Shown: one piece after another, positions 8,949 through 18,289 of the stretch
Layout: every line of letters starts with the position of its first letter
Position numbering within the stretch: position 1 is the stretch's first letter
Virus record (IMG/VR): IMGVR_UViG_3300031524_000047
Span: 1 to 33,520 of that record
Source: a virus
Taxonomy: Duplodnaviria; Caudoviricetes
Strand: one strand, 5' to 3'
DNA length: 33,520 nucleotides
Made by a program: the position numbers and the translations under genes
Notes under the pieces: model-generated
What the model was told of the DNA's origin: nothing
What the model saw: the letters and a program-made list of their open reading frames with translations, nothing else
Database searches by the model: none

Positions 8949-9016
8949 CGCATTCCGCGCAACACTGACTTGACCACATTATTTTCAACAACTATCAAAA
9001 CAGGATCATTATAAAA

Positions 9017-10450
9017 ATGAGCAGAATTTTTGAACTAAAGAACAAGCGTACGAAGCTTGTTGACGAATTTAAGGCGATCGTAGCGAAGGACGCTGATCGC
9101 CCCGACGATGAAGCAACTCCGGTCGAAGAGACTGATCGTCTGAAGGCGATTGAAGCCAGCATTGCGAAACTCGACGCGAAGCTCGCCGCTATGTCTAAGG
9201 CCGAGTCTCTCGACGATGGCGAACAGGTTACGAAGAGCGCTGAAGACGGCACCGATCCGGATGAAGAGTCTCCGTCATTCGGTGAAAAGAGCCTTCAGGG
9301 ACTGGCAACGAAGCAGTTTGGTTATGGTCGCCCGACCGTAGCTGCGCAGCCCGCAGTGAAGATCGAGAAGGGTCTACAGGCCGCCCGGTTCGTCATCGGT
9401 AAGGCGTTGAGCCGTTTCCATGGCGAACGCGCTGCTGCTGACATTATCTCAAAGCGTTTCAACGACGAAATGGTTGCTAAGAGTCTTCTGAGCGTTGGTG
9501 CCGCAGGCTCAAACGTAATCCCAACTTATTTCTCAACTGACATTATCGAACTACTTCGTCCGCTCGTAGTTGTTCGTAATATCGGAACGATGATTGTTGA
9601 TACGACCGGTGGAAATCTAACCATTCCTGCTCTCTCAGGTGCCGCAACCGCGTCGTGGCAGACGGAAAATGCAGACATTGCTTCGTCTGTCGAAACGTTT
9701 AGCGACGTTGTTCTCGGTAATCACAAGTTGACTGCTCTTGTCCCGGTATCAAACGATCTTATCCGTCGTTCGCCGGTTGGTGTTGATGCGATCGTGCGCG
9801 ATGATCTACTTCAGGTTGTTGCCCGTGCTGAAGACCTCGCATTTCTCACTGGTGCAACAGGTGGCTCTAATCCTGTCGGTATCAAGAACATCACTGGTAT
9901 TCAGAATTTTTACGCTGCAACATCTGGTGCTGCTGGTTCGCTCGGTTCTGCTGCTACGTCAAATCTTTCTGACGTAACTTACGCGGTAAATGCTGCTATA
10001 ACCCGACTGCAAATGGCCAACGCCAGATTCGTTAACCCCTGTTGGATTATGAGCCCGATGGCTCGTAACTTCCTGGCAACTCAACGGGATGCAGTCGGTG
10101 GCTTTTTTGTTTACGAACAAGAACTTGCGAAGGGCACGCTGGCTGGCTACCCGGTGTTTACAACTTCCGTGCTTCCCAACAACATTGCGAATTATGGAGC
10201 GGCTGGTGCGGCTGGCAACACTCGCGGTCAAGACATCTTCCTACTCGACGCCGCCGATCTTATCATCGGTGATACTCTAAACGTTGCGTTGGACGTCTCT
10301 GATACCGCTTCGTTTATTAACGGTTCAACTCTGACTTCTGCGTTCTCGCAGGATTTGACGCTGTTCCGCGTAATCAAGGAAACTGATCTCGGTTGTCGTC
10401 ACCCGACTTCAATCGTCAATATCAAGACAGATTCATGGTGCCTATACTAA
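9017..10450 (+). CDS. Major capsid protein, HK97 fold with N-terminal delta domain
   Basis: Coiled-coil N-terminus; IIELLRP, KLTALVPVSNDLI, ED.AFL.G.G...P.GI, L.GYPV. Confidence 0.95.
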   Translation: MSRIFELKNKRTKLVDEFKAIVAKDADRPDDEATPVEETDRLKAIEASIAKLDAKLAAMSKAESLDDGEQVTKSAEDGTDPDEESPSFGEKSLQGLATKQFGYGRPTVAAQPAVKIEKGLQAARFVIGKALSRFHGERAAADIISKRFNDEMVAKSLLSVGAAGSNVIPTYFSTDIIELLRPLVVVRNIGTMIVDTTGGNLTIPALSGAATASWQTENADIASSVETFSDVVLGNHKLTALVPVSNDLIRRSPVGVDAIVRDDLLQVVARAEDLAFLTGATGGSNPVGIKNITGIQNFYAATSGAAGSLGSAATSNLSDVTYAVNAAITRLQMANARFVNPCWIMSPMARNFLATQRDAVGGFFVYEQELAKGTLAGYPVFTTSVLPNNIANYGAAGAAGNTRGQDIFLLDAADLIIGDTLNVALDVSDTASFINGSTLTSAFSQDLTLFRVIKETDLGCRHPTSIVNIKTDSWCLY

Positions 10451-10471
10451 GCCGCTGATATCGTTATCATT

Positions 10472-10509
10472 TCCGATGATAGAGAAACAAATAACTCTCT
10501 ATCATCGGA
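10472..10509 (+). other. 14-bp perfect hairpin after the capsid gene (attenuator/stabiliser)
   Basis: TCCGATGATAGAGA-aacaaataac-TCTCTATCATCGGA. Confidence 0.6.
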
Positions 10510-10530
10510 GCGTGATACAATAATGCTATT

Positions 10531-11223
10531 ATGAATAAACCATTTTACATTTACGTCTTACGTGACCCTCGCAACAACGCCATTCGGTATGTGGGGTTCA
10601 CGACGAAAACCCTAGAAGAACGGTTAAGTGGACATATTTCTGACCGAAGAGATGGTACACACAAAGCAAACTGGTTGTTGCAATTATACAGAATGAAACT
10701 GAGACCAATCATTCAACCGATTTTTACATGGGATGATCCCAACGTGAATTGGGGAATGATAGAGAAAAACTGGATAAGAGAACTTCGTAACCTTGGTTGG
10801 GATTTAACTAACGAAACTGATGGTGGTGAAGGGACATCTGGTTGGAAACATACCAAAGAAACATGTGAGAAGATGTCTAAATCAGCTAGGGGTAAAATAA
10901 TCTCGAAAGAAACACGCCAAAAAATCTCCTATGCACTAAAAGGCCACGAGGTATTACAACACACCCGCAATAAAATCTCCTACGGCCAAATAGGAAACAA
11001 CAATGCAGCCGGACATAAAAACTATACAAAAGTAACACAATCCATAGTTGATGAAATTAGAGGTAGATTGACTGGCCAGCGTGGTGAACAAACTCTTTTA
11101 GCTAACGAATATGGCATTTGCCAACAGAATATCTCATGTATCGCTTGCAACAAATCTTGGTATGATCCTAACTACACACCGATAGAAAAACAAAAGAATG
11201 ACAACTATTATCACTTTCAATAA
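10531..11223 (+). CDS. Free-standing GIY-YIG homing endonuclease with NUMOD3-like repeats
   Basis: YIYVLRDP...RYVGFT, R...H, E..WI, LTN.TDGGEG, HTKET..KMS / SKETRQKIS repeats; noticeably A-rich. Confidence 0.85.
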   Translation: MNKPFYIYVLRDPRNNAIRYVGFTTKTLEERLSGHISDRRDGTHKANWLLQLYRMKLRPIIQPIFTWDDPNVNWGMIEKNWIRELRNLGWDLTNETDGGEGTSGWKHTKETCEKMSKSARGKIISKETRQKISYALKGHEVLQHTRNKISYGQIGNNNAAGHKNYTKVTQSIVDEIRGRLTGQRGEQTLLANEYGICQQNISCIACNKSWYDPNYTPIEKQKNDNYYHFQ

Positions 11224-11398
11224 ATCCCACGGACCGTATAACAAAAACGATTCCGCTGGATTTGAACCGCATGTTGCAGACGCATTAGTTAAAGCTGGCT
11301 ACGCCGTGTACCACGCTCCACCTAACGCTCTAGCCGACGCTACTAAAACGGTGAACAATAAAACTAACACAAAACGTCTCAACGTAGTCCGCAAATAA
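11198..11398 (+). CDS. Small head-associated hypothetical protein
   Basis: Y..GD.AGF....A..LV.AG.A-like pattern; coupled to the next gene. Confidence 0.6.
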   Translation: MTTIITFNKSHGPYNKNDSAGFEPHVADALVKAGYAVYHAPPNALADATKTVNNKTNTKRLNVVRK

Positions 11399-12054
11399 TG
11401 ATTGCAAATTATCTCGTAACTCCACCAACCAATTATGCTGTAAGTCTTGCGAGAGTCGCACAGCATCTCTATGTTGATAACACGACGGATAATGAGATAA
11501 TCAGCACTTACGTCGAAGCGGCAACATCATATCTCGAAACTATCTGCAATCGTGCTTTTATCACTGCATCGTATCAAATGGTATCAACTAGTACGCCCGA
11601 TCCGTTGAACAGCGTCCCGTTAACAAATGGCGCGATCCCGGTGCTGCCGCTATGGGCAAACTTTCAGCCACTGCTCCGCAGAATGAATCTCGCACGTTCT
11701 CCACTACAATCCGTTTCAAGTATCGTCATAAACCATCAGTACTACGGAACATCAACAACGCTAAATTCTGCAACAGATTATAATGTTGATACTCTCTCAA
11801 CGCCTAGCGCAATCATCTTCAATCAGTTTGCATTCTCGACAAATGATCAGATCGTTATTAACTATACCGCTGGTTACGGACCGTCACACACAAGCGTTCC
11901 GAGAGCGTTGCAACAAGCTATAATGATGCTCACAGCACATTTTTACAGAAATCGTGGTGACGATAGTTCTTCAGAGATTCCCGCCGTTGTGATGCAACTC
12001 ATTCGTCCATTCAAAATCCCGAGTTTCGGAAGTATCTCCGCAGATGGCAGATAA
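11398..12054 (+). CDS. Head-tail connector (gp6-like adaptor)
   Basis: VSL..V..HL.VD...D, AA....E, Y.AGYG.....VP..L.QAI.ML.AHFY.NR. Confidence 0.9.
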   Translation: MIANYLVTPPTNYAVSLARVAQHLYVDNTTDNEIISTYVEAATSYLETICNRAFITASYQMVSTSTPDPLNSVPLTNGAIPVLPLWANFQPLLRRMNLARSPLQSVSSIVINHQYYGTSTTLNSATDYNVDTLSTPSAIIFNQFAFSTNDQIVINYTAGYGPSHTSVPRALQQAIMMLTAHFYRNRGDDSSSEIPAVVMQLIRPFKIPSFGSISADGR

Positions 12055-12409
12055 ATTTCCAAGCATCGGCGAACTCCGCCATCCGATAACGATTGTCAAA
12101 ATAACACAGTCGCCAGCGTCGGACGGAACGTTAACCGAAACTCTGACGACGATTGCACAGACTCGCGCAAAAATCGAACAACCGGGTCCGATCGTAATGT
12201 TGAATCAGATTCAACTCGGAATCAATGTCTACAGTCACAAATTTAGTTTCCGTTATGTTGCGAACATTGATCTACAATGCGGCATCACAAGAACTATCAG
12301 GTTGCCGAATGGTTCGACGATAACAGAGAACTATAAAATAAATCGCATTATGGACATAGAACAGTTGCATAGATTTCTTGTAGTCGAAACTACGTTAGAA
12401 TCTCAATGA
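12044..12409 (+). CDS. Head closure / head-tail adaptor
   Basis: IGELRH.ITI motif; position in the neck module. Confidence 0.8.
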   Translation: MADKFPSIGELRHPITIVKITQSPASDGTLTETLTTIAQTRAKIEQPGPIVMLNQIQLGINVYSHKFSFRYVANIDLQCGITRTIRLPNGSTITENYKINRIMDIEQLHRFLVVETTLESQ

Positions 12410-12885
12410 AACTCGAAATCAAAGTAACTGATTTTGCGACTGCTGAATATAAGCCATCGGAACTAAAAAAGATTTTTCGCGCCGCCTCGACAGAGATTGC
12501 TCAGATAGCTCGGCAAATGCTCCGAAGCGCACCGTCGAACGGACGCTTGTACTACGGTTCCGGTGGCGCTAATACGGATCGTCCGTATAAGCCGGGAAGG
12601 CATCACGCTAGCGCCCCTGGCGGCATCCCGGCGCAGTTTACGGGCGCCACGGCGTCAAAAATCAAAGGCGTTCCGTTCAAAAACGGCGAAGGATTTTTCG
12701 TAAAATCCAATGCCTTTTGGTCCAGTGCGTTGGAATATGGTCACGCAACGAAAAAAGAAAAAGCGTCTGGTAGACCGTTTTTAGATAAAGCGTTGGCGCT
12801 ACGGTCCGACAGCATCACACAGCGAATACAAGTCGCTATCGAACAAGACATCAAATTCGTCAAAGAAAAAGTTCCGAGAAAATAG
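12406..12885 (+). CDS. HK97 gp10-like neck/tail-completion protein
   Basis: H.ASAPG..PA..TG, LEYG, RPFL..AL. Confidence 0.8.
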   Translation: MKLEIKVTDFATAEYKPSELKKIFRAASTEIAQIARQMLRSAPSNGRLYYGSGGANTDRPYKPGRHHASAPGGIPAQFTGATASKIKGVPFKNGEGFFVKSNAFWSSALEYGHATKKEKASGRPFLDKALALRSDSITQRIQVAIEQDIKFVKEKVPRK

Positions 12886-12906
12886 ATTAAACAATAGAAC
12901 ACAGTA

Positions 12907-12928
12907 GTTCCAACGCTTCGCGCTATAT
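12907..12928 (+). promoter_or_regulatory. Putative phage late promoter (before tail operon)
   Basis: GTTCCAAC-GCTTCGCG-CTATAT; ATG 12934 lies 5 nt downstream. Confidence 0.72.
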
Positions 12929-12933
12929 TAGAC

Positions 12934-13497
12934 ATGGACATTCAAGCCGTCATCTCTCAACTCAAAACATATGCACCGATTTTTAGTAATCGTGTTGCAG
13001 GTGCTGCGGAGTTTGCACAGTCGATTGAGAAACAGGTATTTCTAACGTTACCTGCGGCTTATATTATACCGACTGGTGATGTCGCAGAAAGTAACAACGA
13101 AGGCACAAACTGTCTATTTCAGCGCGTTAGAGAAAGTATTACAATCTCTATTGAGCTAGATAACTCGACAAATCGCCAAGGCACTGTTGCGATAACATCT
13201 GTTGAGACTGTGAAATACGCAGTTTTTGCCGCGCTGCTGAACTGGCGCATTGATCCAAATAATTGTCCGCGTGGTTTAGAATATGATGGCGCTGGCCTTG
13301 GTACAGTTGATCGCGGGCGTTTATGGTGGGAGATGCGTTTTGTATTAGAGCGAATCATCACAGACGACGATGGATTCCATATCACTGGTGATACATTAAA
13401 CACAATCGAAACTGATATTCAAATCACTGATACAAACGCGGTGCCGCTAGTTACGCCAGATATTCTCATTAACACTGTTACAAATCTCCAGGACTAA
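12934..13497 (+). CDS. Tail terminator-like protein (Mu gp37-like position)
   Basis: F..RVAGAAEF, LPAAYIIP..D, ALLNW, LWW...F. Confidence 0.75.
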   Translation: MDIQAVISQLKTYAPIFSNRVAGAAEFAQSIEKQVFLTLPAAYIIPTGDVAESNNEGTNCLFQRVRESITISIELDNSTNRQGTVAITSVETVKYAVFAALLNWRIDPNNCPRGLEYDGAGLGTVDRGRLWWEMRFVLERIITDDDGFHITGDTLNTIETDIQITDTNAVPLVTPDILINTVTNLQD

Positions 13498-13503
13498 CAT
13501 TAG

Positions 13504-13671
13504 ATGCAAGTCATTCCCGCCGCTGGTCGCACAATCAGAAATCCATACACATACGTTTTGCTCTCTGCAAACGATCCAACAAACGTTCCCGACAACGATT
13601 TTTTCTGGACGCGTCGTGTAATAGATGGCGATCTTATCGTTGTAGAACAACCGAAGAAAATCGAAGACTAA
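13504..13671 (+). CDS. DUF2635-like small tail protein (absent from ORF track)
   Basis: MQVIPAAGRTIRNP...VPDNDFFWTRRVIDGDL, 55 aa, directly before the sheath as in Mu-like tails. Confidence 0.8.
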   Translation: MQVIPAAGRTIRNPYTYVLLSANDPTNVPDNDFFWTRRVIDGDLIVVEQPKKIED

Positions 13672-13726
13672 AACACTAAACTACAGTCGGATGTTTTGTC
13701 CGACATATTTTAAGGACAAATCATAA

Positions 13727-15286
13727 ATGACTATCCAGTTCCAACATTACAGTTTCACAAATCGTGTTCCTGGCGTCTACGCAGAAGTAAACAACAGCAA
13801 TGGTAACACCGTGCAGGCTCAGTATCGCACGTTGATCATCGGTCAGATGCTCGGTACTACTGGTCTAACCGGTGTTCCGAACGTCCCTGTGATTTCCAAC
13901 GGTCCCGCAAACGCTGCTGCAATTTACGGCAACGGCTCAATGCTCGCGGACATGGTTGCAACGTATCAGCAAAATGACACTTTCGGCGAACTGTGGGAAC
14001 TGCCGTTAGCCGATGACTCTGGATCAACGAAAGCTAGCGCTAACGTTTCGTTCCTCGGCACTGCAACAGTAGCCGGAACATTTGCACTATACGTAGCCGG
14101 CGATCGTTTTCCGGTTGGTGTTTCCGTTGGTGATACCGACGTGATCGTTGCTACTAACGTCTGCAAAGCGTTGTGTCAGCAGACGTTGCAAGTGACGGTG
14201 TGGATCGGAACTAAGCAGTTAGCGTTGACAAACACAACGACACCGCTGCTTTGCACTGATGCATCAACTGCAACAATCGCTAGCGCTACTCCGATCGTTT
14301 TCAAATATCTACACGGCTGCATCGTAGGTAACGACACTCATCTCCGTCTAAACTACGGCGGCGCACCGGCTGGTGAAGTCGCTCCCGTAGGCATTGCAGC
14401 AACCGTAACCGGATTCACTGGCGGCACTGTTAATCCATCTCTAACAACTGCTCTTGCAAATCTCGGTGCACAAACTTACGATTTTATCATTGTGCCTTAC
14501 AACGACACTACATCGCTCAATGCTATTCAGAATCTTTTGAATGACACGAGTGGCCGTTGGGCATGGTCTCAGTCGCTATTTGGTCACGGTTTCGCTGCTA
14601 TCAAAGGCACACTCGGAACGGTTACTACGTTCGGTGTTGGACGTGATGATCAGCATATGTCTGTGCTGCCGATGTATGACACTCCAAGCCCAACTTGGGA
14701 AATTGCAGCAGCATTCGGTGCACAGGTTGCAATCTCACAGCGCGCCGATCCTGCATTGCCCGTGACGCAAGTTCCGTTGATTGGAATTTATGCCCCACCA
14801 ATACAGAATCGTTTCCAACTGTCTGATCGTAACACGCTGCTGTATGACGGTCTGTCAACGTATGTTGCTGGTAACGATGGCGTTGTGTATCTCGAAAGAG
14901 TTGTGACAACGTATCAGACGCAGCCTGTGACTGGCGCAATCGACAGTAGTTACCTCGACGTTGAGACAATGGGAACTCTTGCATGGATCATCCGTGATCT
15001 GCGCGCTTGGCTCTCGACAACGTTTGCACGTTCGAAGCTGGTTTCCGATGCTACTAAAATCGTCGGATCAATGTCGGGATTTGTAACCCCGAATCTCGTT
15101 AGACTCAGTGTTATCCAACGTTACAGATATTATGAAGGTATCGGCATCGTACAGAATGGCGACATTGTATGCCCGCAGATCGCAGTTGAAAATCGCGGGA
15201 ATGGTTTCCTGGCAGTTCTGTTGCCGCCCGATCTCTGCAATCAGCTACGCGGTGTTGCGGTACTTGTTAAGTTCAATAAAAGTTAG
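13727..15286 (+). CDS. Contractile tail sheath protein (Mu gpL-like)
   Basis: RVPGVYAEV, LIIGQML, G.GSML..M, GRW, RN.LLYDGLST, D.SYLDVET..TL. Confidence 0.95.
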   Translation: MTIQFQHYSFTNRVPGVYAEVNNSNGNTVQAQYRTLIIGQMLGTTGLTGVPNVPVISNGPANAAAIYGNGSMLADMVATYQQNDTFGELWELPLADDSGSTKASANVSFLGTATVAGTFALYVAGDRFPVGVSVGDTDVIVATNVCKALCQQTLQVTVWIGTKQLALTNTTTPLLCTDASTATIASATPIVFKYLHGCIVGNDTHLRLNYGGAPAGEVAPVGIAATVTGFTGGTVNPSLTTALANLGAQTYDFIIVPYNDTTSLNAIQNLLNDTSGRWAWSQSLFGHGFAAIKGTLGTVTTFGVGRDDQHMSVLPMYDTPSPTWEIAAAFGAQVAISQRADPALPVTQVPLIGIYAPPIQNRFQLSDRNTLLYDGLSTYVAGNDGVVYLERVVTTYQTQPVTGAIDSSYLDVETMGTLAWIIRDLRAWLSTTFARSKLVSDATKIVGSMSGFVTPNLVRLSVIQRYRYYEGIGIVQNGDIVCPQIAVENRGNGFLAVLLPPDLCNQLRGVAVLVKFNKS

Positions 15287-15339
15287 AACTAAGCCATTGA
15301 TAACAAACGATTTTATAGTATTATAAGGAAAACACTAAA

Positions 15340-15714
15340 ATGGCTAACAATCAACATAGATTAACTGGTATCACCTTGTTTTCAATATCGGGCGGTTATT
15401 GGGACGTCGTGGACGATATATCTTACTTTCCGGGTGGCGCAACTAGAGAAGAACTCGGGAACATGTCCGGACCATCCGCTGATTTCGGCGAAAAATATCA
15501 AATCGGCTGGATCAAAGCGAAACTCCGTTCGCGTGGTAACAACAGCGTTGCCGACGTTGCTGCATTAGATTCAGCACACGTTGTTGTTGAAACAGCTTCC
15601 GGCAAGGGCATTTCTGGCTTCCCAATGTATTGTGTCGAACCCCCAGAAGAATCCACCGCAGAAGCATCGTTTACTGTGACGTTCAAAGGTCCAGTGACTA
15701 TTACGACGGTGTAA
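15340..15714 (+). CDS. Tail tube protein (Mu gpM-like)
   Basis: 124 aa following the sheath; RE...G..G, F.G C-terminus. Confidence 0.85.
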   Translation: MANNQHRLTGITLFSISGGYWDVVDDISYFPGGATREELGNMSGPSADFGEKYQIGWIKAKLRSRGNNSVADVAALDSAHVVVETASGKGISGFPMYCVEPPEESTAEASFTVTFKGPVTITTV

Positions 15715-15716
15715 CA

Positions 15717-16217
15717 ATGACTGAGAAAACGTTTACACTAAAACGTCCGTTGAAAAAGTCCGATGGTTCGGTTGTCTCTGAAATCACTTTGAGACAACCG
15801 ACAGTCGGTGATTTGCTACAAGCGCGAAAAACCGAGGACAATATTGATGCTGTTATGATCAGTCTGTTGTCCGGCGTGCATCTACTGTTAGTCGAAAAGC
15901 TCGCTTTTAGTGATTTCAAAAAAATTACTGCATGGATCGCTGTTGTTTGTAATACAAACTCAAAACGTGAGAAGAATCTAGAGCAAATAACGTATTCACT
16001 AACTAAGACAGTGAATACCGGCGGAAATCGTTATACACAGATCACACTTGAAGAGCCATGTGCCGGCGATTTCCTAAAATCGCGAAAAGCAACTGATACG
16101 TATCTACAAGGCGTGAAACTAATCGAGTTAGTATCTGGTACCTGTCTCGAAGCCGTCGAAGCGTTATCAATTGCTGATTATACAGATGCCATGGATTTTC
16201 TCGCGGATTTTATGTGA
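15717..16217 (+). CDS. Tail assembly chaperone with two tandem TAC domains
   Basis: L..P......ITLRQPT.GD...L.SG.....EKL..SD pattern present twice. Confidence 0.85.
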   Translation: MTEKTFTLKRPLKKSDGSVVSEITLRQPTVGDLLQARKTEDNIDAVMISLLSGVHLLLVEKLAFSDFKKITAWIAVVCNTNSKREKNLEQITYSLTKTVNTGGNRYTQITLEEPCAGDFLKSRKATDTYLQGVKLIELVSGTCLEAVEALSIADYTDAMDFLADFM

Positions 16218-16378
16218 ACCGTTGGTGTTATGACTGGCGAGAGCGTATAGCTGATCTCGCATTTTTATACCACTGGTCACCAACGGAATGTTACAAACTC
16301 TCTGGATCAGAAATACTGTGGTGGTATAATCAAGCGCACCGCATCGCAAAAGAACAACGAAATTTACTAGCTAGTTGA
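16205..16378 (+). CDS. -1 frameshift extension of the chaperone (GpE'/gpT-like)
   Basis: -1 frame reads ...WRERIADLAFLYHWSPTECYKLSGSEILWWYNQAHRI...*; G-GAT-TTT at 16193-16199 and 16205-16211. Confidence 0.8.
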   Translation, partial: GFYVNRWCYDWRERIADLAFLYHWSPTECYKLSGSEILWWYNQAHRIAKEQRNLLAS

Positions 16379-16388
16379 GAACAAATAA

Positions 16389-18289
16389 ATGGCAAATGGC
16401 TCAACGAAAGTAGTTGTTAGTGTAACTGATAATGCAACATCTCGGTTAAAAAAAATCAACGAAGCGATGTCGGGCTTCGGAAAAACAACCAACGCTGCCG
16501 GCAAAAATGTCTCACAACTCGGCAAGCTAGAAGCGAATCTATCGAAGCTCGGAAGCACGGCCAGCAGCGCATTTGGGAGTCTCACAAAGACGTTTGGACC
16601 GGCCGGCGTCCTTGCTAGCGTCGGAAGCGTTGCCGGGCTTGTAGCGATGGCTCGGGCAACCGCCGAACTCAATCTAAGCCTTCAGCGTCAAGCGGTGTTT
16701 GCAAATACTAGTACGACCGCGCTACAGCGATACAAAACCGCTGGCGCGGCAATCGGCGTTGGTGACGCATACGCAAAATCAATCGCCGGTGTTGAGAAAA
16801 TCCGGCAACGGATGGCAATACATAGCGCCCTGACACCGTCGAACAACAAGGCGCAGCAAAAGCCGCTGGACTGAATTTTGCGGGCAAAAACTCTGAACAA
16901 ATAATGGAAATGCTTGGGGATTTTGCGAAAAAGAAAGGCAGCGAAGGCGTTCCTGCTGAGTTACTTGCTGATTTTCTAGAGAAATTCGGTGTTGATCGCG
17001 AAATGGTTCCGGACATGATTAAATCCGGTGGTAAAGGACTAAAACAGAAAGCCGATGCGATCAAAGTACATCCTGTTACGAAAGAAGATCAATCAGCATC
17101 TGAAGAGAGTCAACGCGACGCTACTGAGTTAGACGCGGCGCTGCATAATCTACAGGTTAAAATCTCGACTTATATTGAGCCGATGAAGCACAAACTAACG
17201 GAACTTGGACTTTGGCTCACAGATACCGCCGCTGATAATCCGTTAGTTGCGATTCTGGGCGGATTGTCGGCGTCGTTTGTAGCAATGCGAATCGGCTTTG
17301 GGCTCCTCGGCGCGACGCTAGCAAAACTCGGTATCACTGCTGCCGCCGCTGGTGCTGAGGCCGGTGCTGCGGCAACCGCCGCTGGTGGTGGGGTAGCCGC
17401 CGCTGCCGCTGCCGCTGCCGCGAGGCTTGCCGGTCCTGTGGGAGTTGCAGCAGCTATAATGCATCCGAGTGCAACTAACGTCGGCGAAAAAGAATTTCTC
17501 GAAAAAGAGCGCGCAAAAACCGCGGCACAACGCAAAGCCGATATGGACCCGTTCGCAAACGTGCCCGGTAATGACAATAACAACAACGGTGCAACAGACG
17601 GCGGGTGGCTCAGTCATAAACTCGACACATTGATTGATAGCATCAAACAATTGTTCGGCGGGGGTGGAGCAGGCTCCGGCGCTGGGTATCCGGGCGGGGA
17701 TAATCCAAACGGCGGTGGTAATCCCAACGGAAACTTTACGCCCGCGATGGCAGCGGAAACAAGACAGAAAATCACCGATGCGTATAGAAAAGCGGGTTAT
17801 GATGACAATGCAATTGCTGCAGTAATCGGAAACTGGTCACAAGAATCTAGTCTAAATCATTTATCCGGAATTGGCACGCAACATGTTGGACTTGCGCAGT
17901 GGGACCCAACCCGGCAGCGACAATTTCAATCGGTGTACGGACATCGAATGGAACAATCATCACCGGATGAACAAATAGCGTTTTCTATCCGTGAGTTAGC
18001 ATTAAATCCTGATTATGCTGAAACAGAACGTGCGTTACGCGATCATACAAAATCAGGTGCGGAGAAAGCCAGGGTTTATAATAAAAACTTTGAGCGATCC
18101 GGAGATAGCGATACACCGCGAATTGCTAATACACAACGCGCACTCCCGCTGATTCAGCAACAACCGGTGCAAGTCACAATAACACACACAAGCGACGCTC
18201 CAAACTCAAAAATCGCAACAACATCTAACACAGGTCGTGTCAACGTTAAACAAAACGTAGCGCCGACATTTGCCCAGGCATCGAAATAA
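16389..18289 (+). CDS. Tape measure protein with C-terminal tail-lysozyme domain, interrupted by one frameshift (16826-16874)
   Basis: N-part 16389-16874 (V.V.DNAT..LK.I); -1 frame open from 16826 to 18289; C-terminal AIAAVIGNWSQES..GLAQW..EQIAF..EL..FER. Confidence 0.82.

Noticed and set aside
10451-11223. Group I intron around the GIY-YIG gene
   Set aside because: The capsid gene ends normally upstream and only 80 bp separate the genes, too little for an intron core
15298-15326. Sigma70-like promoter before the tail tube (TTGATA-N16-TATTAT)
   Set aside because: AT-rich intergenic sequence gives such matches easily; no other support
17335-17425. Poly-Ala/GCC-rich run in the tape measure gene
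   Set aside because: Ala/Gly-rich stretches are ordinary in tape measure proteins
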